Source of the DNA: Calditrichia bacterium
GTDB lineage: Bacteria > Calditrichota > Calditrichia > RBG-13-44-9 > J075
Assembly: GCA_028284445.1 (NCBI GenBank)
Contig: JANQRS010000068.1
Location: 205,300-269,299, forward strand
DNA length: 64,000 nt
Direction of reading: 5' to 3'
How positions within the stretch are numbered: position 1 is the first letter of the stretch; every line of letters starts with the position of its first letter. Positions 19,722-29,226 of this stretch are shown one piece after another. The notes beneath the pieces are model-generated. The model did not search any database, was not told where the DNA came from, and worked only from the letters and a program-made list of their open reading frames with translations. The position numbers were made by a program, and so were the translations under genes.

Positions 19722-20550
19722 AGGGCTTTTCCCCTTTTTCATAAATGCCCAGGATTTTCGAGGTCGGACAGGTCTGTCCGATTCGCGTCATCACAAGGTC
19801 GAAATTACCGCGCGATTGAAATTCCAGATCAACATGAAAACCGTATTCGTAGGGGCTGCCCGGTATCGGGATAGATTGTATTTGCGATAAGTTGATGCTA
19901 TAGTCTCTAAATAGGCTGAGTGCATCGGCCAGGGCGCCAACCTCGTGGCGGACGCTGAAATTGACCGAGGCTTTATTGGCCTTGTCTGTGACAAGTGCCT
20001 GGCGGTCGAGAATTAGGAATCGCGTATAGTTTTCCTTGAGATTTTCGATGCCGTATTTCAAAATCTCCAGGCCATATTCTTCCGCTGCCTGTCTGCTGGC
20101 GATGGCGGCGGTTGCCGTCATTTGCCGATCGCGAACGTCGCGTGCACTTTCAGCGGTATCAAAAGTCTCGATGCCGCGCATGTACGGATGATCCTCCAGA
20201 AAGTCGCTGCACTGGTGCAGGGCCATGGGATGAGAGCGAACGGAGCGAATGTTTTCCAATCTTTGACCGGGAAGCGCCATCAGGTTTTGTTCGATGTGTA
20301 GATAAGTTTCGCCAACGATGTGCAGTGGATATTCACGCAGGAGGGACTTGTTGGGGAGGATACTGCCGACCAGGCTATTCTCAATTGCCATAATGGCGAC
20401 ATCAGCCTTCTCTTCGATCAGCGCTTTGCAAAGCTGTGTAAAGGTTTGGCAGTTACATGTTTCGACTGCCCTGCCTCCGAAAAAACGGCGCGCCGCCATA
20501 TCATGAAAAGAGGCTTCAATGCCCTGGATTGCAACAACAAGTGGTTTCAT
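19693..20550 (-). CDS. pheA: Prephenate dehydratase
   Basis: AIQG...SFH, AIENSLVG, SHPMAL.QC, NYTRF and C-terminal ACT domain. Confidence 0.95.
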   Translation of the reverse strand: MKPLVVAIQGIEASFHDMAARRFFGGRAVETCNCQTFTQLCKALIEEKADVAIMAIENSLVGSILPNKSLLREYPLHIVGETYLHIEQNLMALPGQRLENIRSVRSHPMALHQCSDFLEDHPYMRGIETFDTAESARDVRDRQMTATAAIASRQAAEEYGLEILKYGIENLKENYTRFLILDRQALVTDKANKASVNFSVRHEVGALADALSLFRDYSINLSQIQSIPIPGSPYEYGFHVDLEFQSRGNFDLVMTRIGQTCPTSKILGIYEKGEKPYDYTSSQSA

Positions 20551-20609
20551 TACTTCTCGACTTTCCCCGTGGTACGGATTTGTGAACGATCCCTGCTTGC
20601 TTTTAGCGC

Positions 20610-20640
20610 AAAAAAAAAGCCCCGGGGTTTCCGGAGCCTT
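20610..20640 (-). terminator. Attenuator terminator hairpin upstream of pheA
   Basis: Minus strand AAGGCTCCGG-AAAC-CCCGGGGC followed by T9. Confidence 0.88.
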
Positions 20641-20667
20641 TCAGAGATCTATGTATTTCGCTTTTTG

Positions 20668-20751
20668 CTAAAGCACACCCTGTTTAAGACTCCGTAGAGC
20701 ATTAAAAAAGTAGATAAAAAAGTAAAAATAGCAGGGTGCAAAATGTGTCAT
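20668..20751 (-). CDS. Phe/Tyr-rich attenuation leader peptide (27 aa, pheL-like)
   Basis: Manual translation MTHFAPCYFYFFIYFFNALRSLKQGVL*, with 6 Phe and 3 Tyr; AAGGA upstream; lies between the promoter and the terminator. Confidence 0.88.
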   Translation of the reverse strand: MTHFAPCYFYFFIYFFNALRSLKQGVL

Positions 20752-20779
20752 GAGTTGTATATCCTTGTTAATCGCCAGA

Positions 20780-20808
20780 ATAATACACAAGATTTTGGGC
20801 AATGTCAA
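20780..20808 (-). promoter_or_regulatory. Sigma70-type promoter of the pheA operon
   Basis: Minus strand TTGACA-17 nt-TATTAT. Confidence 0.8.
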
Positions 20809-20910
20809 CGAATACCTGTGGGAATTTTGGGAAAATAATGGGGGAGTAGGGAAAAGTTGGAGTAGCGTGAGTCGGAAAGTTTTCGAGTTTGATTGAAAAC
20901 CAGAGAAAAT

Positions 20911-20968
20911 GCCTTTTTACCCACCCCATGTCCCCTGCCGGGAGGGGATTTAGGGGTGGGTAAAGGGC
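20911..20968. repeat. REP-like GC-rich palindrome (family A variant) downstream of the carrier-protein gene
   Basis: TACCCACCCCATGTCCCCT-GCCGGG-AGGGGATTTAGGGGTGGGTA. Confidence 0.7.
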
Positions 20969-21003
20969 TGAATGATCACTTCTGCGATCTCAGAATTGCT
21001 CTC

Positions 21004-21249
21004 TTACGCAGTTTTCTTCGAAACTAATTCGGAAATCGCTTCGATGCTGGAAAAGTTTTCCGGAATCAATTCGTTGTCGGAAACCTGAATGTTCAGATTG
21101 TCTTCAAGAAAACCAATCAACTTCATGATACCAAGTGAATCGATGATACCGGTTTCGATCAACGGATCGCTATCTGCCAATTCAGTAAAGTTCTTATCTT
21201 TTACCAGATCGGAAAGGATGAACTCTTTAATTTGATCTTTGCTGCTCAT
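21004..21249 (-). CDS. Acyl/peptidyl carrier protein
   Basis: 81 aa, acidic; GIIDSLGIMKL phosphopantetheine-Ser motif; PENFSSI end. Confidence 0.93.
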   Translation of the reverse strand: MSSKDQIKEFILSDLVKDKNFTELADSDPLIETGIIDSLGIMKLIGFLEDNLNIQVSDNELIPENFSSIEAISELVSKKTA

Positions 21250-21402
21250 TTTGACGTCTCCTTTTCAGGAAGTGAAACTTAAATCTATTGTGTGAATTGC
21301 TATTTCCTTTTTTGGCAACCAGCAATATAAAGTCGTTTGCAGATGAATCATATTTAATTTTTCGGCGGAAATTGTGATAAAATTAACCTGCGCCGGACTT
21401 AT

Positions 21403-22566
21403 TTAGTTTACAGGGAGGCCTGCAAACTTCGCAATGATATTGCGCAAAGTCTCGCTGGTGCCCGCCCAAATGGTGCTGGTGATGCTGTCTCTAAGATCTT
21501 GCTGGTAGGGCCAGTCAAGGAGAATACCACGCACACCAAAAATTTGTACGGCGTCCATCTGAGATTGTATATAGTTTTCCGAAACGAAAAGCTTCGTCAT
21601 GGCAGCTTCCTGCTGGAAGGGCTGGATCGATTGTCCGTCTTCCAGACGTGCAGCCATATCGTAGATGACCTGACGGGCAACGCGGTGTCGCATAACCATG
21701 TTCGCGATCTTGGTGCTGATGGCCTGATAAGAGCCGATCGGCTTGTCGTATGTTTGACGTTCCTTGCCGCGTTCTATGCACACATCTACATTCCGCGCCA
21801 TGGGGCCAAGTGCACAAGCGATGGCAACCGCTCTTTCCCAGCCGGTTGATTCGGTGAGCACTTGCAAACCGGCGCCAACGCGGCCGATGATGTGATCACG
21901 CGGCACATAGACGTTGTCGAAAATCATCTCGCCCATGCGCACTGTACGATAGCCGGTTTTTTCAAACTCACGTCCATGAGATGCGCCTTCCCAGTCCATG
22001 TCTACCATAAAAGCAGTCAAGCCGAAAGGCGAGCGCTTCTCCGAGGTTTTCGCGAAAACCAGGGCCAGATTGGAATAAGGAGAGTTGGTCAGGAAGCATT
22101 TTTTACCGTTAATCCGGTAACCGTCCCCGTCCTGAGCGGCAACCGTATCCATGCTAAATGCGTCGCTGCCGGAAACTTCTTCAGTGAAGGCGTAAGCGCA
22201 CATCGACTTGCCGGCAATCATGTCCGGGAGGAATTTTTCCTTCAGAAAATCTGAAGCAAGAAGATTAAGTGTCATTTGAATGCCGGTATGCTGATTCAAT
22301 AATGCGAAGAAGAATCCGGTATCGTGACAACCATAGCCGAGCCCTTCATAAGCTGCAACCAGTTCTGCAACGCTGCCACCGATTCCACCATATTTCTCCG
22401 GTAAACAACGGCCAAGAACACCATGTTCGCCGACAAGGCGCCAACGTTCCGGTGAAAAATCACCTGTTCTATCCCGTTCTGCCGGATCACCTTCCAGCTT
22501 CTCTTTTGCAAACTCGATATGTTGATTGCGAATCTCTTCCAGATGAGGTACTTGCCAGGGTTGCAT
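21403..22566 (-). CDS. Acyl-CoA dehydrogenase family, L-prolyl-carrier-protein dehydrogenase-like (PltE/RedW-type)
   Basis: EGLGYGCHDTGFFF, AFTE...GSDA, AVQIFG and TIWAGTSE motifs; start moved to ATG 22566 (SD GGAG) because the ORF-track GTG lies inside a REP. Confidence 0.8.
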   Translation of the reverse strand: MQPWQVPHLEEIRNQHIEFAKEKLEGDPAERDRTGDFSPERWRLVGEHGVLGRCLPEKYGGIGGSVAELVAAYEGLGYGCHDTGFFFALLNQHTGIQMTLNLLASDFLKEKFLPDMIAGKSMCAYAFTEEVSGSDAFSMDTVAAQDGDGYRINGKKCFLTNSPYSNLALVFAKTSEKRSPFGLTAFMVDMDWEGASHGREFEKTGYRTVRMGEMIFDNVYVPRDHIIGRVGAGLQVLTESTGWERAVAIACALGPMARNVDVCIERGKERQTYDKPIGSYQAISTKIANMVMRHRVARQVIYDMAARLEDGQSIQPFQQEAAMTKLFVSENYIQSQMDAVQIFGVRGILLDWPYQQDLRDSITSTIWAGTSETLRNIIAKFAGLPVN

Positions 22567-22617
22567 GCTTACTACTCCGTACTTCGTTGTTAGTTGTTTG
22601 ATGTTAGTTTCCCGTGC

Positions 22618-22787
22618 CACATCCCCCTGTGTCCCCCTTCGAAGGGGGATTCAGGGGGATGTGGTCTGGATAATCTTGCCACTCCCGGATAAAAAACAAA
22701 CCCGGGGCTATCATAACTCAACCGCTCCGCGGTTTCTTGGGGTGAAAAGAAAATGTTTCAATGTTTCGATGCTTCAATATTTCAATG
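22618..22787. repeat. Compound repeat cluster: family A palindrome (22618-22663), inverted family B element (about 22683-22732), octamer tandem (22756-22787)
   Basis: CACATCCCCCTGTGTCCCCCTTCGAAGGGGGATTCAGGGGGATGTG is nearly identical to 17305-17351; the minus strand has AGCCCCGGGTTTGTTTTTTATCCGGG. Confidence 0.8.
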
Positions 22788-24503
22788 TCTTGTTATCACT
22801 TCTGCCTGTTCGATGTCCGAATAGACTTCGTTGCGGATGGCCGCTGCTCGGCCGTGGCCGCCAGATAAGGCTGCCGAGATGTAGCGACGGGCTATCAGCT
22901 TTTTGCGATCAAGCGTTTCTGCTTCATCCAAAACCAGGTAGCCGGTATAGAGCGAGGCATACATGTCGACAAGCTCCTTCGAGGCTACTTCTCGCAAGGC
23001 CGCATCTTCATGCTCCGCAACATAGCTCAAGCTTTCCTGAAAGATTTTGCGTAAATCGCGAAGCTGTGCTGCCAGGGGCTGTAAGTCATCGCGGTATTGC
23101 TTCTTTTCATGCTCGTCGAAGAATTTGCCGAGAGCGTCGGCAAAAACGCCTTTGGAAGATCCGATGATTTGGACCTGGGACGTACCTTCATAGATCGTCG
23201 TGATGCGCACGTCGCGAATGAGGCGTTCAACAGCCATTTCTCTCATATATCCCATGCCGCCATGCACTTGCTGGGCGTCGTAGCAAATCTTGTAGGCCGC
23301 TTCCGTGACAACATATTTCACCATTGGCGAGAGCAGATCTACGATATTTGCTGCTTCATCAAAGCGTTCTTTTTCTTCGGCGAAGGGTTCACCAGCTGCG
23401 CGAAGGCGAGCCACCTGGTCTTCCAGGCGATTGCGCAAATCCAGCCACTGCGCACCGGCGTAGAGCAGGCTGCGATGAGCCTCGATGGATACCCGCATAT
23501 CGATTAACAGATTTGCCACCGACGGCATTGTGTTGATGACTTTACCAAACTGTTTACGCTGAGCGGCATAATCCACTGCTTCGGCGTAGGCTGCTTCTGC
23601 AATACCGAGGCCCTGAGAAGCGACACTAAATCGTGCATGATTCAACACGTAGAGCACGTGAAGCAGTCCCTGACGGCGACGGCCAACGAGTTTCGCTGGT
23701 GCGTCATCGAAATACAATTCGCAGGTAGGGGAGCCGTGCAAGCCCATCTTTTCTTCAATTCGAGTTACGCGGACTTTATCGCCGCCGTGGCAGGCGAAGA
23801 GGCTGAGTCCAAAAATATTGGTTGTGTTAGGCTCGGAACGAGCAAGAACCAGGAGGACATCGCCACAGCCATTGGAGATAAAATGCTTCACGCCTTTCAA
23901 AAACCAGTTGCCTTCATCATCCTGGTAGGCTTGCAGCTTTACAGCCTGCAAGTCCGATCCGGCGCTTGGCTCAGACAAGACCATTGCACCTGTGTGTTCG
24001 CCACTGGTGTATTTAGGCAGATATTCGCTGGCGACTTCCTCGCTGCCGAAGCGAGCAATTGCTTCGCCAACGTCCTGATAACCAAACATGGTCATTAAGG
24101 ATGCATCGGCGCGGGAAATCATTTCGATCATCATCATGTAGATGGTCGCCGGAAATTCGATGCCACCGTATTTGCGGGGCAGAATAACGCCCATCAGACC
24201 GGCTTCTGCCAACTGATCCAGTGCTTCACGGGTGCCTTTTGCGTATGTGACCTTGCCGTCCTTAAAATGGGCGCCTTCGGCGTCTACTTCCATTGCCAGG
24301 GGGGCGATTACGTCGCCGGCCAGTTCACCAACCAGTTCCAGGGCAGCTTCATACAGTTCTTGTGCTTCCTGGTAATTCTGCGGTGCTTCAGGAAAATGCT
24401 CCGCTTCTTTATAGTCATGCTCTAAAATACGGACAGCCTCTTCCAGATCCAGGCGGCTGAATTGGTATTTCAGATCAGAATTATCGCTGAAAAAATTTGC
24501 CAT
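22782..24503 (-). CDS. Long-type acyl-CoA dehydrogenase (573 aa)
   Basis: MVLSEPSAGSDL, GVKHFISNG, EEKMGLHGSPTC, QVHGGMGY and ITTIYEGTSQ motifs. Confidence 0.92.
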   Translation of the reverse strand: MANFFSDNSDLKYQFSRLDLEEAVRILEHDYKEAEHFPEAPQNYQEAQELYEAALELVGELAGDVIAPLAMEVDAEGAHFKDGKVTYAKGTREALDQLAEAGLMGVILPRKYGGIEFPATIYMMMIEMISRADASLMTMFGYQDVGEAIARFGSEEVASEYLPKYTSGEHTGAMVLSEPSAGSDLQAVKLQAYQDDEGNWFLKGVKHFISNGCGDVLLVLARSEPNTTNIFGLSLFACHGGDKVRVTRIEEKMGLHGSPTCELYFDDAPAKLVGRRRQGLLHVLYVLNHARFSVASQGLGIAEAAYAEAVDYAAQRKQFGKVINTMPSVANLLIDMRVSIEAHRSLLYAGAQWLDLRNRLEDQVARLRAAGEPFAEEKERFDEAANIVDLLSPMVKYVVTEAAYKICYDAQQVHGGMGYMREMAVERLIRDVRITTIYEGTSQVQIIGSSKGVFADALGKFFDEHEKKQYRDDLQPLAAQLRDLRKIFQESLSYVAEHEDAALREVASKELVDMYASLYTGYLVLDEAETLDRKKLIARRYISAALSGGHGRAAAIRNEVYSDIEQAEVITRH

Positions 24504-24665
24504 AATGTCTTCTATGCTTTCTTGTTGACGATAACGCCGGCATACCTCTTTTTTCTCTCAAAAGGAGTATCCGGCGGTGATTGAATGTCCCTCTTCAATG
24601 CAATATCGACGACTTCCGGGAAAGAAGAGAGTTGAAAAAGTTGTTTGGAACGAAGTGTCAGGATA

Positions 24666-24704
24666 GAAAACCGGCGGTTTGCAGTCGCAAAGCCGCCGGT
24701 AAAA
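24666..24704 (-). terminator. Terminator-like hairpin inside the cluster
   Basis: Minus strand ACCGGCGGCTTTGC-GACT-GCAAACCGCCGGT followed by TTT, 7 nt after the upstream stop. Confidence 0.65.
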
Positions 24705-24710
24705 CATCTA

Positions 24711-25946
24711 CTACCAGTAAGTTTGATCCGGTTTTGTCAGATCATTGCCAAATGCTGCCTTGCCAAGATAAAGTAAGCATTCGTCGCTGGTTGCCGGCAT
24801 CAAACCACCACAGCGGGCATCGCGATAGAAACGTTCCAGCGGAAGACGCTTGTGAATGGTTGTGCCACCGCAAAGGCGGATGGCTGCAGCGGTCAGCCAG
24901 GGACCCAGTTCACTCACCATGTATTTCGCGTGGTGAATGGCATTGTTGGCTTCCTGTGAACCGACTTTTTCGGAAACAATCTTTGCTGCCCGATAGGTTG
25001 CAACGCGGGCGGCTTCCAGCCGGGTATAAATTTCACCAACGCGATGCTGAATGCGGGTGTCTTCTGCCAGCGGGATGTCAGTACCAGGCTTCTTCTTATT
25101 GCGCAGGTATTCGACCATGAATTCGAATGCTGCTGTGCTCACACCAAGATACACGCCATTGTATCCACCAACCAGCCAGTGTGGCTCGCGGGCGATTTTG
25201 TAAAGGGCCATACCTTCGCTACCAAGGAAGAGCGCTTCTGTCGGCACAAAACAATCCTTGAAATACACGGGATTGGTTGATGTGGCGCGCATGCCCAATA
25301 CGTCCCAGGTTTCTTCGATGCGGGCATTCGGATTCTCTTTTTCTACAACCAGGAAGGAAATAGCAGGAATGTCGCCTGCGCTTTCTTCGGAGCGGGCGGC
25401 AACGACATAATAGTCGGCATAGCCGGCCATCGAGACCCAGTTCTTGACGCCGTTGATGACAAAGCCATCGTCTACGCGGCGATACATGGTTTTCAACTTG
25501 CTAAAGTGTGCACCGATTCCCGGTTCTGAGGAAGCTGAAGCAAACAATTTTTTCTCGTTCACGGATTGATCATAAACCCACTCAACGAATTTTTTCATGG
25601 TGCGGCCACGAGACCCGCCAATGCCTTCAATGTCGAGTTCAGCAAGACTACCAACGGCAATGTTGTGCATGTTGAAGGTCAATCCGGTGGATGAATCTCC
25701 AATGGCGATTTGTTCGAGGGCGCGTGTATAGGTCAGGAAATCAGCACCCATCCCACCATATTCTTTGGGAATCATGATTCCCAGCAGGCCTGCATCCTTG
25801 AGATCCTGAAAGTTCTCAACAGGGAACGACCCCTCACGGTCGTATTTTGCGGCACGCTCTTTAAACTTCTGGCCCAATTCACGGCATAATGCAATGATGT
25901 CCTCTTTTTCCTGGACTGTGGGGCCGACTGCAACTTCGTTCTGCAT
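24711..25946 (-). CDS. Acyl-CoA dehydrogenase/flavin-dependent monooxygenase family protein
   Basis: P.EYGGMG, SEPG, INGVKNWVS, WDVLGMRATST and LERFYRDAR motifs; no canonical IYEG motif. Confidence 0.88.
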   Translation of the reverse strand: MQNEVAVGPTVQEKEDIIALCRELGQKFKERAAKYDREGSFPVENFQDLKDAGLLGIMIPKEYGGMGADFLTYTRALEQIAIGDSSTGLTFNMHNIAVGSLAELDIEGIGGSRGRTMKKFVEWVYDQSVNEKKLFASASSEPGIGAHFSKLKTMYRRVDDGFVINGVKNWVSMAGYADYYVVAARSEESAGDIPAISFLVVEKENPNARIEETWDVLGMRATSTNPVYFKDCFVPTEALFLGSEGMALYKIAREPHWLVGGYNGVYLGVSTAAFEFMVEYLRNKKKPGTDIPLAEDTRIQHRVGEIYTRLEAARVATYRAAKIVSEKVGSQEANNAIHHAKYMVSELGPWLTAAAIRLCGGTTIHKRLPLERFYRDARCGGLMPATSDECLLYLGKAAFGNDLTKPDQTYW

Positions 25947-26083
25947 GCGTATTCCTTTCTGCTACAGCGATTGATCTATATATATGAGATTATACTTAAT
26001 GTTGAGACTCCCTTATTGATGTTTGCAACAAAAATAGGTACCGGAATTGTGGTACTATTTGCTTCCTGCTGCTATGGCGCCGA

Positions 26084-26812
26084 CTACCTCATAGAGAAAA
26101 GATATCGGTAGTCGAACTTGTGGATGGAGCTCCATTGACTGTTCTTGATAAACACGCCACTATCCGCGACCATAATCGAGCGAAAAAATTTGTGGCGAAT
26201 ATAGTTTCGTTCATCCTGCCAGCCCTGGACCTTGTAGATCCAGCGTGCCGGGCGGTTGGACGCCCGAACATAGGCATAGGCCTTATTGTATCCTTTTTCT
26301 TTCAAGCGTTCGCGCATCAGAAAAAGTGCTTCAAACGAATTTGCGTTGCCTCGGTATTCCGGAATAAGGAAATTGTCGAACATATACAGCTCGTCACTAC
26401 GGAGCCCAATCTCATAAAAGCGCAATGCCGGATGGTTTTTCTCGACGGGAATTTGCGAATTAACCCACCACATAAAACCAACCATTTCGCCCTCATGGCG
26501 TACTGCAAAACCTTTGAAATCGTTATCCAGGTAGTTCTCGAATTTACGAATCAGCCTACCCGGCATATTTTTGTTTTCACAAAATTCTCGCAGTTGCGGC
26601 AAATAGGCGTCGTCGATATCTTCAACTGCCAGACCATTTTTCGGCTTGAATTTTGTTTCTTTGTGCAAATCCCATGAAATAATCACATCATCGATTTTTT
26701 CATAGAAAAGTGCAATTGCCCGTTCCTGCAAGGCCGTTATAACCAACTTGACGGTTTTCCCTAAGCCCAGCTCCCGGTAAAGCATAAGAACTTTGTTAAT
26801 ATTTTCCCGCAT
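26084..26812 (-). CDS. GNAT-family acyltransferase
   Basis: C-terminal half has PEYRGN and AYVRASNRPARWIYKVQGW (GNAT motifs A and B). Confidence 0.75.
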   Translation of the reverse strand: MRENINKVLMLYRELGLGKTVKLVITALQERAIALFYEKIDDVIISWDLHKETKFKPKNGLAVEDIDDAYLPQLREFCENKNMPGRLIRKFENYLDNDFKGFAVRHEGEMVGFMWWVNSQIPVEKNHPALRFYEIGLRSDELYMFDNFLIPEYRGNANSFEALFLMRERLKEKGYNKAYAYVRASNRPARWIYKVQGWQDERNYIRHKFFRSIMVADSGVFIKNSQWSSIHKFDYRYLFSMR

Positions 26813-26873
26813 TGACTTCCTCGTATGTAGCTGTCAATTGGAATTGAGCCCGGACCGTTGATGAGAGCAAACA

Positions 26874-28460
26874 TCATGTCTGTTCACCTTTTGCCAGAGT
26901 AGTTTTGTCAATCTTACCAGTTGACGTCTTTGGTAGCTCTTCTCTAAACTCCACTAACTCTGGCACCATATATTTCTGCAGCTTCTCGGAACAAAAAATC
27001 CTCAGGTCTGCTGCTGTCATTTCAACACCTTCGCGCAGTGCGATAAAGGCTTTGATACGATTGCCGATCAGATCATCCGGAATTGGGATGACTGCGGCTT
27101 CTTTGATGCCGTCGTGACTGTAAATTGCAGCTTCAATGTCTCCAATTTCAATCCGATATCCGCGACTTTTGATCATGTGATCCTTGCGGCCAACATAGAT
27201 GTAATCGCCGCTTTCATCGAGGATAACCAGATCTCCGGTGCGATAAATTCTCTCACTAAAATGAGACTGTGTGTGATTATTCACAAACCCTTTTTTTGTT
27301 TTCTCTTCATCGCCCCAATATCCCTGGGCAACCATTGTTCCTCTTGCAACCAGTTCGCCTTCTACACCCACTTCTGTAATTACATTGTCTTCCTTGTCAA
27401 GCGCAAATACTTCCATGTTCTCGCAACACTTGCCGATCGGGATTGGCTTGGTGCGTTCCGGATCGAGCTTTGGCGTTTTATAATAGGTAATGACGTTGGT
27501 TTCTGTGGGACCATAAAGGTTGTAATATTCCGCATTGGGAATAAAGTCCATCAGCTGGCGCAGGAATTTGACCGGGAAAACTTCGCCGGCAAAAATCAGG
27601 TAGCGCATGTCGCTGAAGTCTTGCTCTTCCAGCTTGCCGTGCAGCACCATCATCGAGAGGATGGAGGGCACCGAATACCAAACCGAGATTTTATTTTTGG
27701 CAATCCAGCCGGCAAGGCGAATCGGGAACATGCTCATGGTTTCCGGAACCAGGCAGAGCGTGGCGCCTACCTTACATGACACATAGATGTCGAGGATTGA
27801 TAGATCAAAATGCAAGGGGGCATGGCTCGAGAAGCGATCTTCGCTGGACACATCCAGCGTGGCTTCAACCCAGTTCACAAAGGTCAGGCTGTTCAAATGG
27901 GAAATCATCACGCCTTTGGGAGTACCGGTAGACCCGGAGGTGTAGAGAATGTATGCCAGGTCGGTGTTGATGCCCTTGTTTTCAGGAAGCTGATCATCCA
28001 TGCGCGAGGTTATTTCCTCCCACTGGATCAACTTAATCGGCAGTTCTTCAGCAAATTCACGGCTGTTATCGGTTAAGATGGCAACTTCCAGCGATTTTGC
28101 CTCTTCAAGCAGTCCCTTGAGCGAGGCCGCTTTGGTCGTCGAGGTAAGCAGACAGCGAATGTTGCAGTTGTCGATGATATAGGCAATTCGCTGATTCGGC
28201 GCGTTGGGATCCAGCGGAACATATGTTGCGCCGGCTTTAAGAATACTGTAGATGTTGATGATGGATGGAATCGACTTGTGGACGTAGATGCCAACCCGAT
28301 CGCCGCGCTGAACACCGTTCTCTTTCAAGGCGTTCGCCAGCTTATTGGTTAGTTTGTCCAGTTCACCATAAGTGATGGAATCATCACCAAAGACAACAGC
28401 ATCTTTTTCAGGATATTTTTTGGCAGTATTTGTCAGCAAGTGCTGCAGTTGATAAATCAT
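26874..28460 (-). CDS. Stand-alone amino acid adenylation enzyme, L-proline--carrier protein ligase-like (PltF/RedM-type)
   Basis: YILYTSGSTGTPKG, HAPLHFDLS, FAGE, NLYGPTETN, YRTGD, IKSRGYRIE and PKTSTGKID motifs; no fused C or T domain. Confidence 0.88.
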   Translation of the reverse strand: MIYQLQHLLTNTAKKYPEKDAVVFGDDSITYGELDKLTNKLANALKENGVQRGDRVGIYVHKSIPSIINIYSILKAGATYVPLDPNAPNQRIAYIIDNCNIRCLLTSTTKAASLKGLLEEAKSLEVAILTDNSREFAEELPIKLIQWEEITSRMDDQLPENKGINTDLAYILYTSGSTGTPKGVMISHLNSLTFVNWVEATLDVSSEDRFSSHAPLHFDLSILDIYVSCKVGATLCLVPETMSMFPIRLAGWIAKNKISVWYSVPSILSMMVLHGKLEEQDFSDMRYLIFAGEVFPVKFLRQLMDFIPNAEYYNLYGPTETNVITYYKTPKLDPERTKPIPIGKCCENMEVFALDKEDNVITEVGVEGELVARGTMVAQGYWGDEEKTKKGFVNNHTQSHFSERIYRTGDLVILDESGDYIYVGRKDHMIKSRGYRIEIGDIEAAIYSHDGIKEAAVIPIPDDLIGNRIKAFIALREGVEMTAADLRIFCSEKLQKYMVPELVEFREELPKTSTGKIDKTTLAKGEQT

Positions 28461-29226
28461 TTTCAAAATCCTCTGATTATTTATTCCCTGTCTCTACGAA
28501 CACAATCGACATCACCCTATCGGTTATGTCCTCTGGCAGCCGCTGCCTTTGTCCGCCTGCTCTTATCAAATATCCGATGCCTAGTCATCGTGTGAATCGT
28601 CTCCTCGCTGATAGGCTTATAAGTTAGCACTTAAGCCCCTGCTTTGGGTGTACTGACGATCACAATCAACAAACAAAACTATCGTCCTGATTGGCTGAAT
28701 TATTTAACCGATCTGGATAAATTTGATGAACATTTGTCTCCAGCATGTATTCGAAGCCCGGAAATACCCGATGAAGCGGGAATCCTCCTTGCGGTGCGGT
28801 AAGCGGCTGAATATTAAAAGTCTATATGCTTGAGCGAGATATTGAGCCGGTAATAAATTGAAATACCCCAGTACCCCGTTGACACAAATCAAAAAATGGG
28901 TCGGCGGTATTTTCTTTTTCATGCCTGTGCAAATATTCAGGGAACTATACCAATACAGAGCGAGTAAGATTGTGGAATTTCCTTATTATTTTTCAAAAAC
29001 TATAGATTTCGCGGAAATCAGTTTCACGAGGCGACAATGATGGGATTGTCTGGCCTGGCTGTGGCGCCTGACGCTTGCGTATTGGCGAATTTTTCATAGG
29101 CGATTCGTTAGTTTAGTCACAGCAAGAAACTGCGGAGTTGGCAAATATAAAAAGCGCCTTTTCTATGCCGCACTTGCAATTTGCCGGTGTTTGATATTAA
29201 ACTCCGTTTTCTACTGGTGTCATCGG

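Noticed and set aside
28517..28588. 23-aa uORF MTRHRIFDKSRRTKAAAARGHNR upstream of the adenylation gene
   Set aside because: The SD is 13 nt away, there is no Pro or other regulatory codon run, and no terminator follows
28623..28656. TTAGCACTT resembling a CIRCE half-site
   Set aside because: No second half-site at 9-bp spacing, and it is not upstream of a chaperone gene
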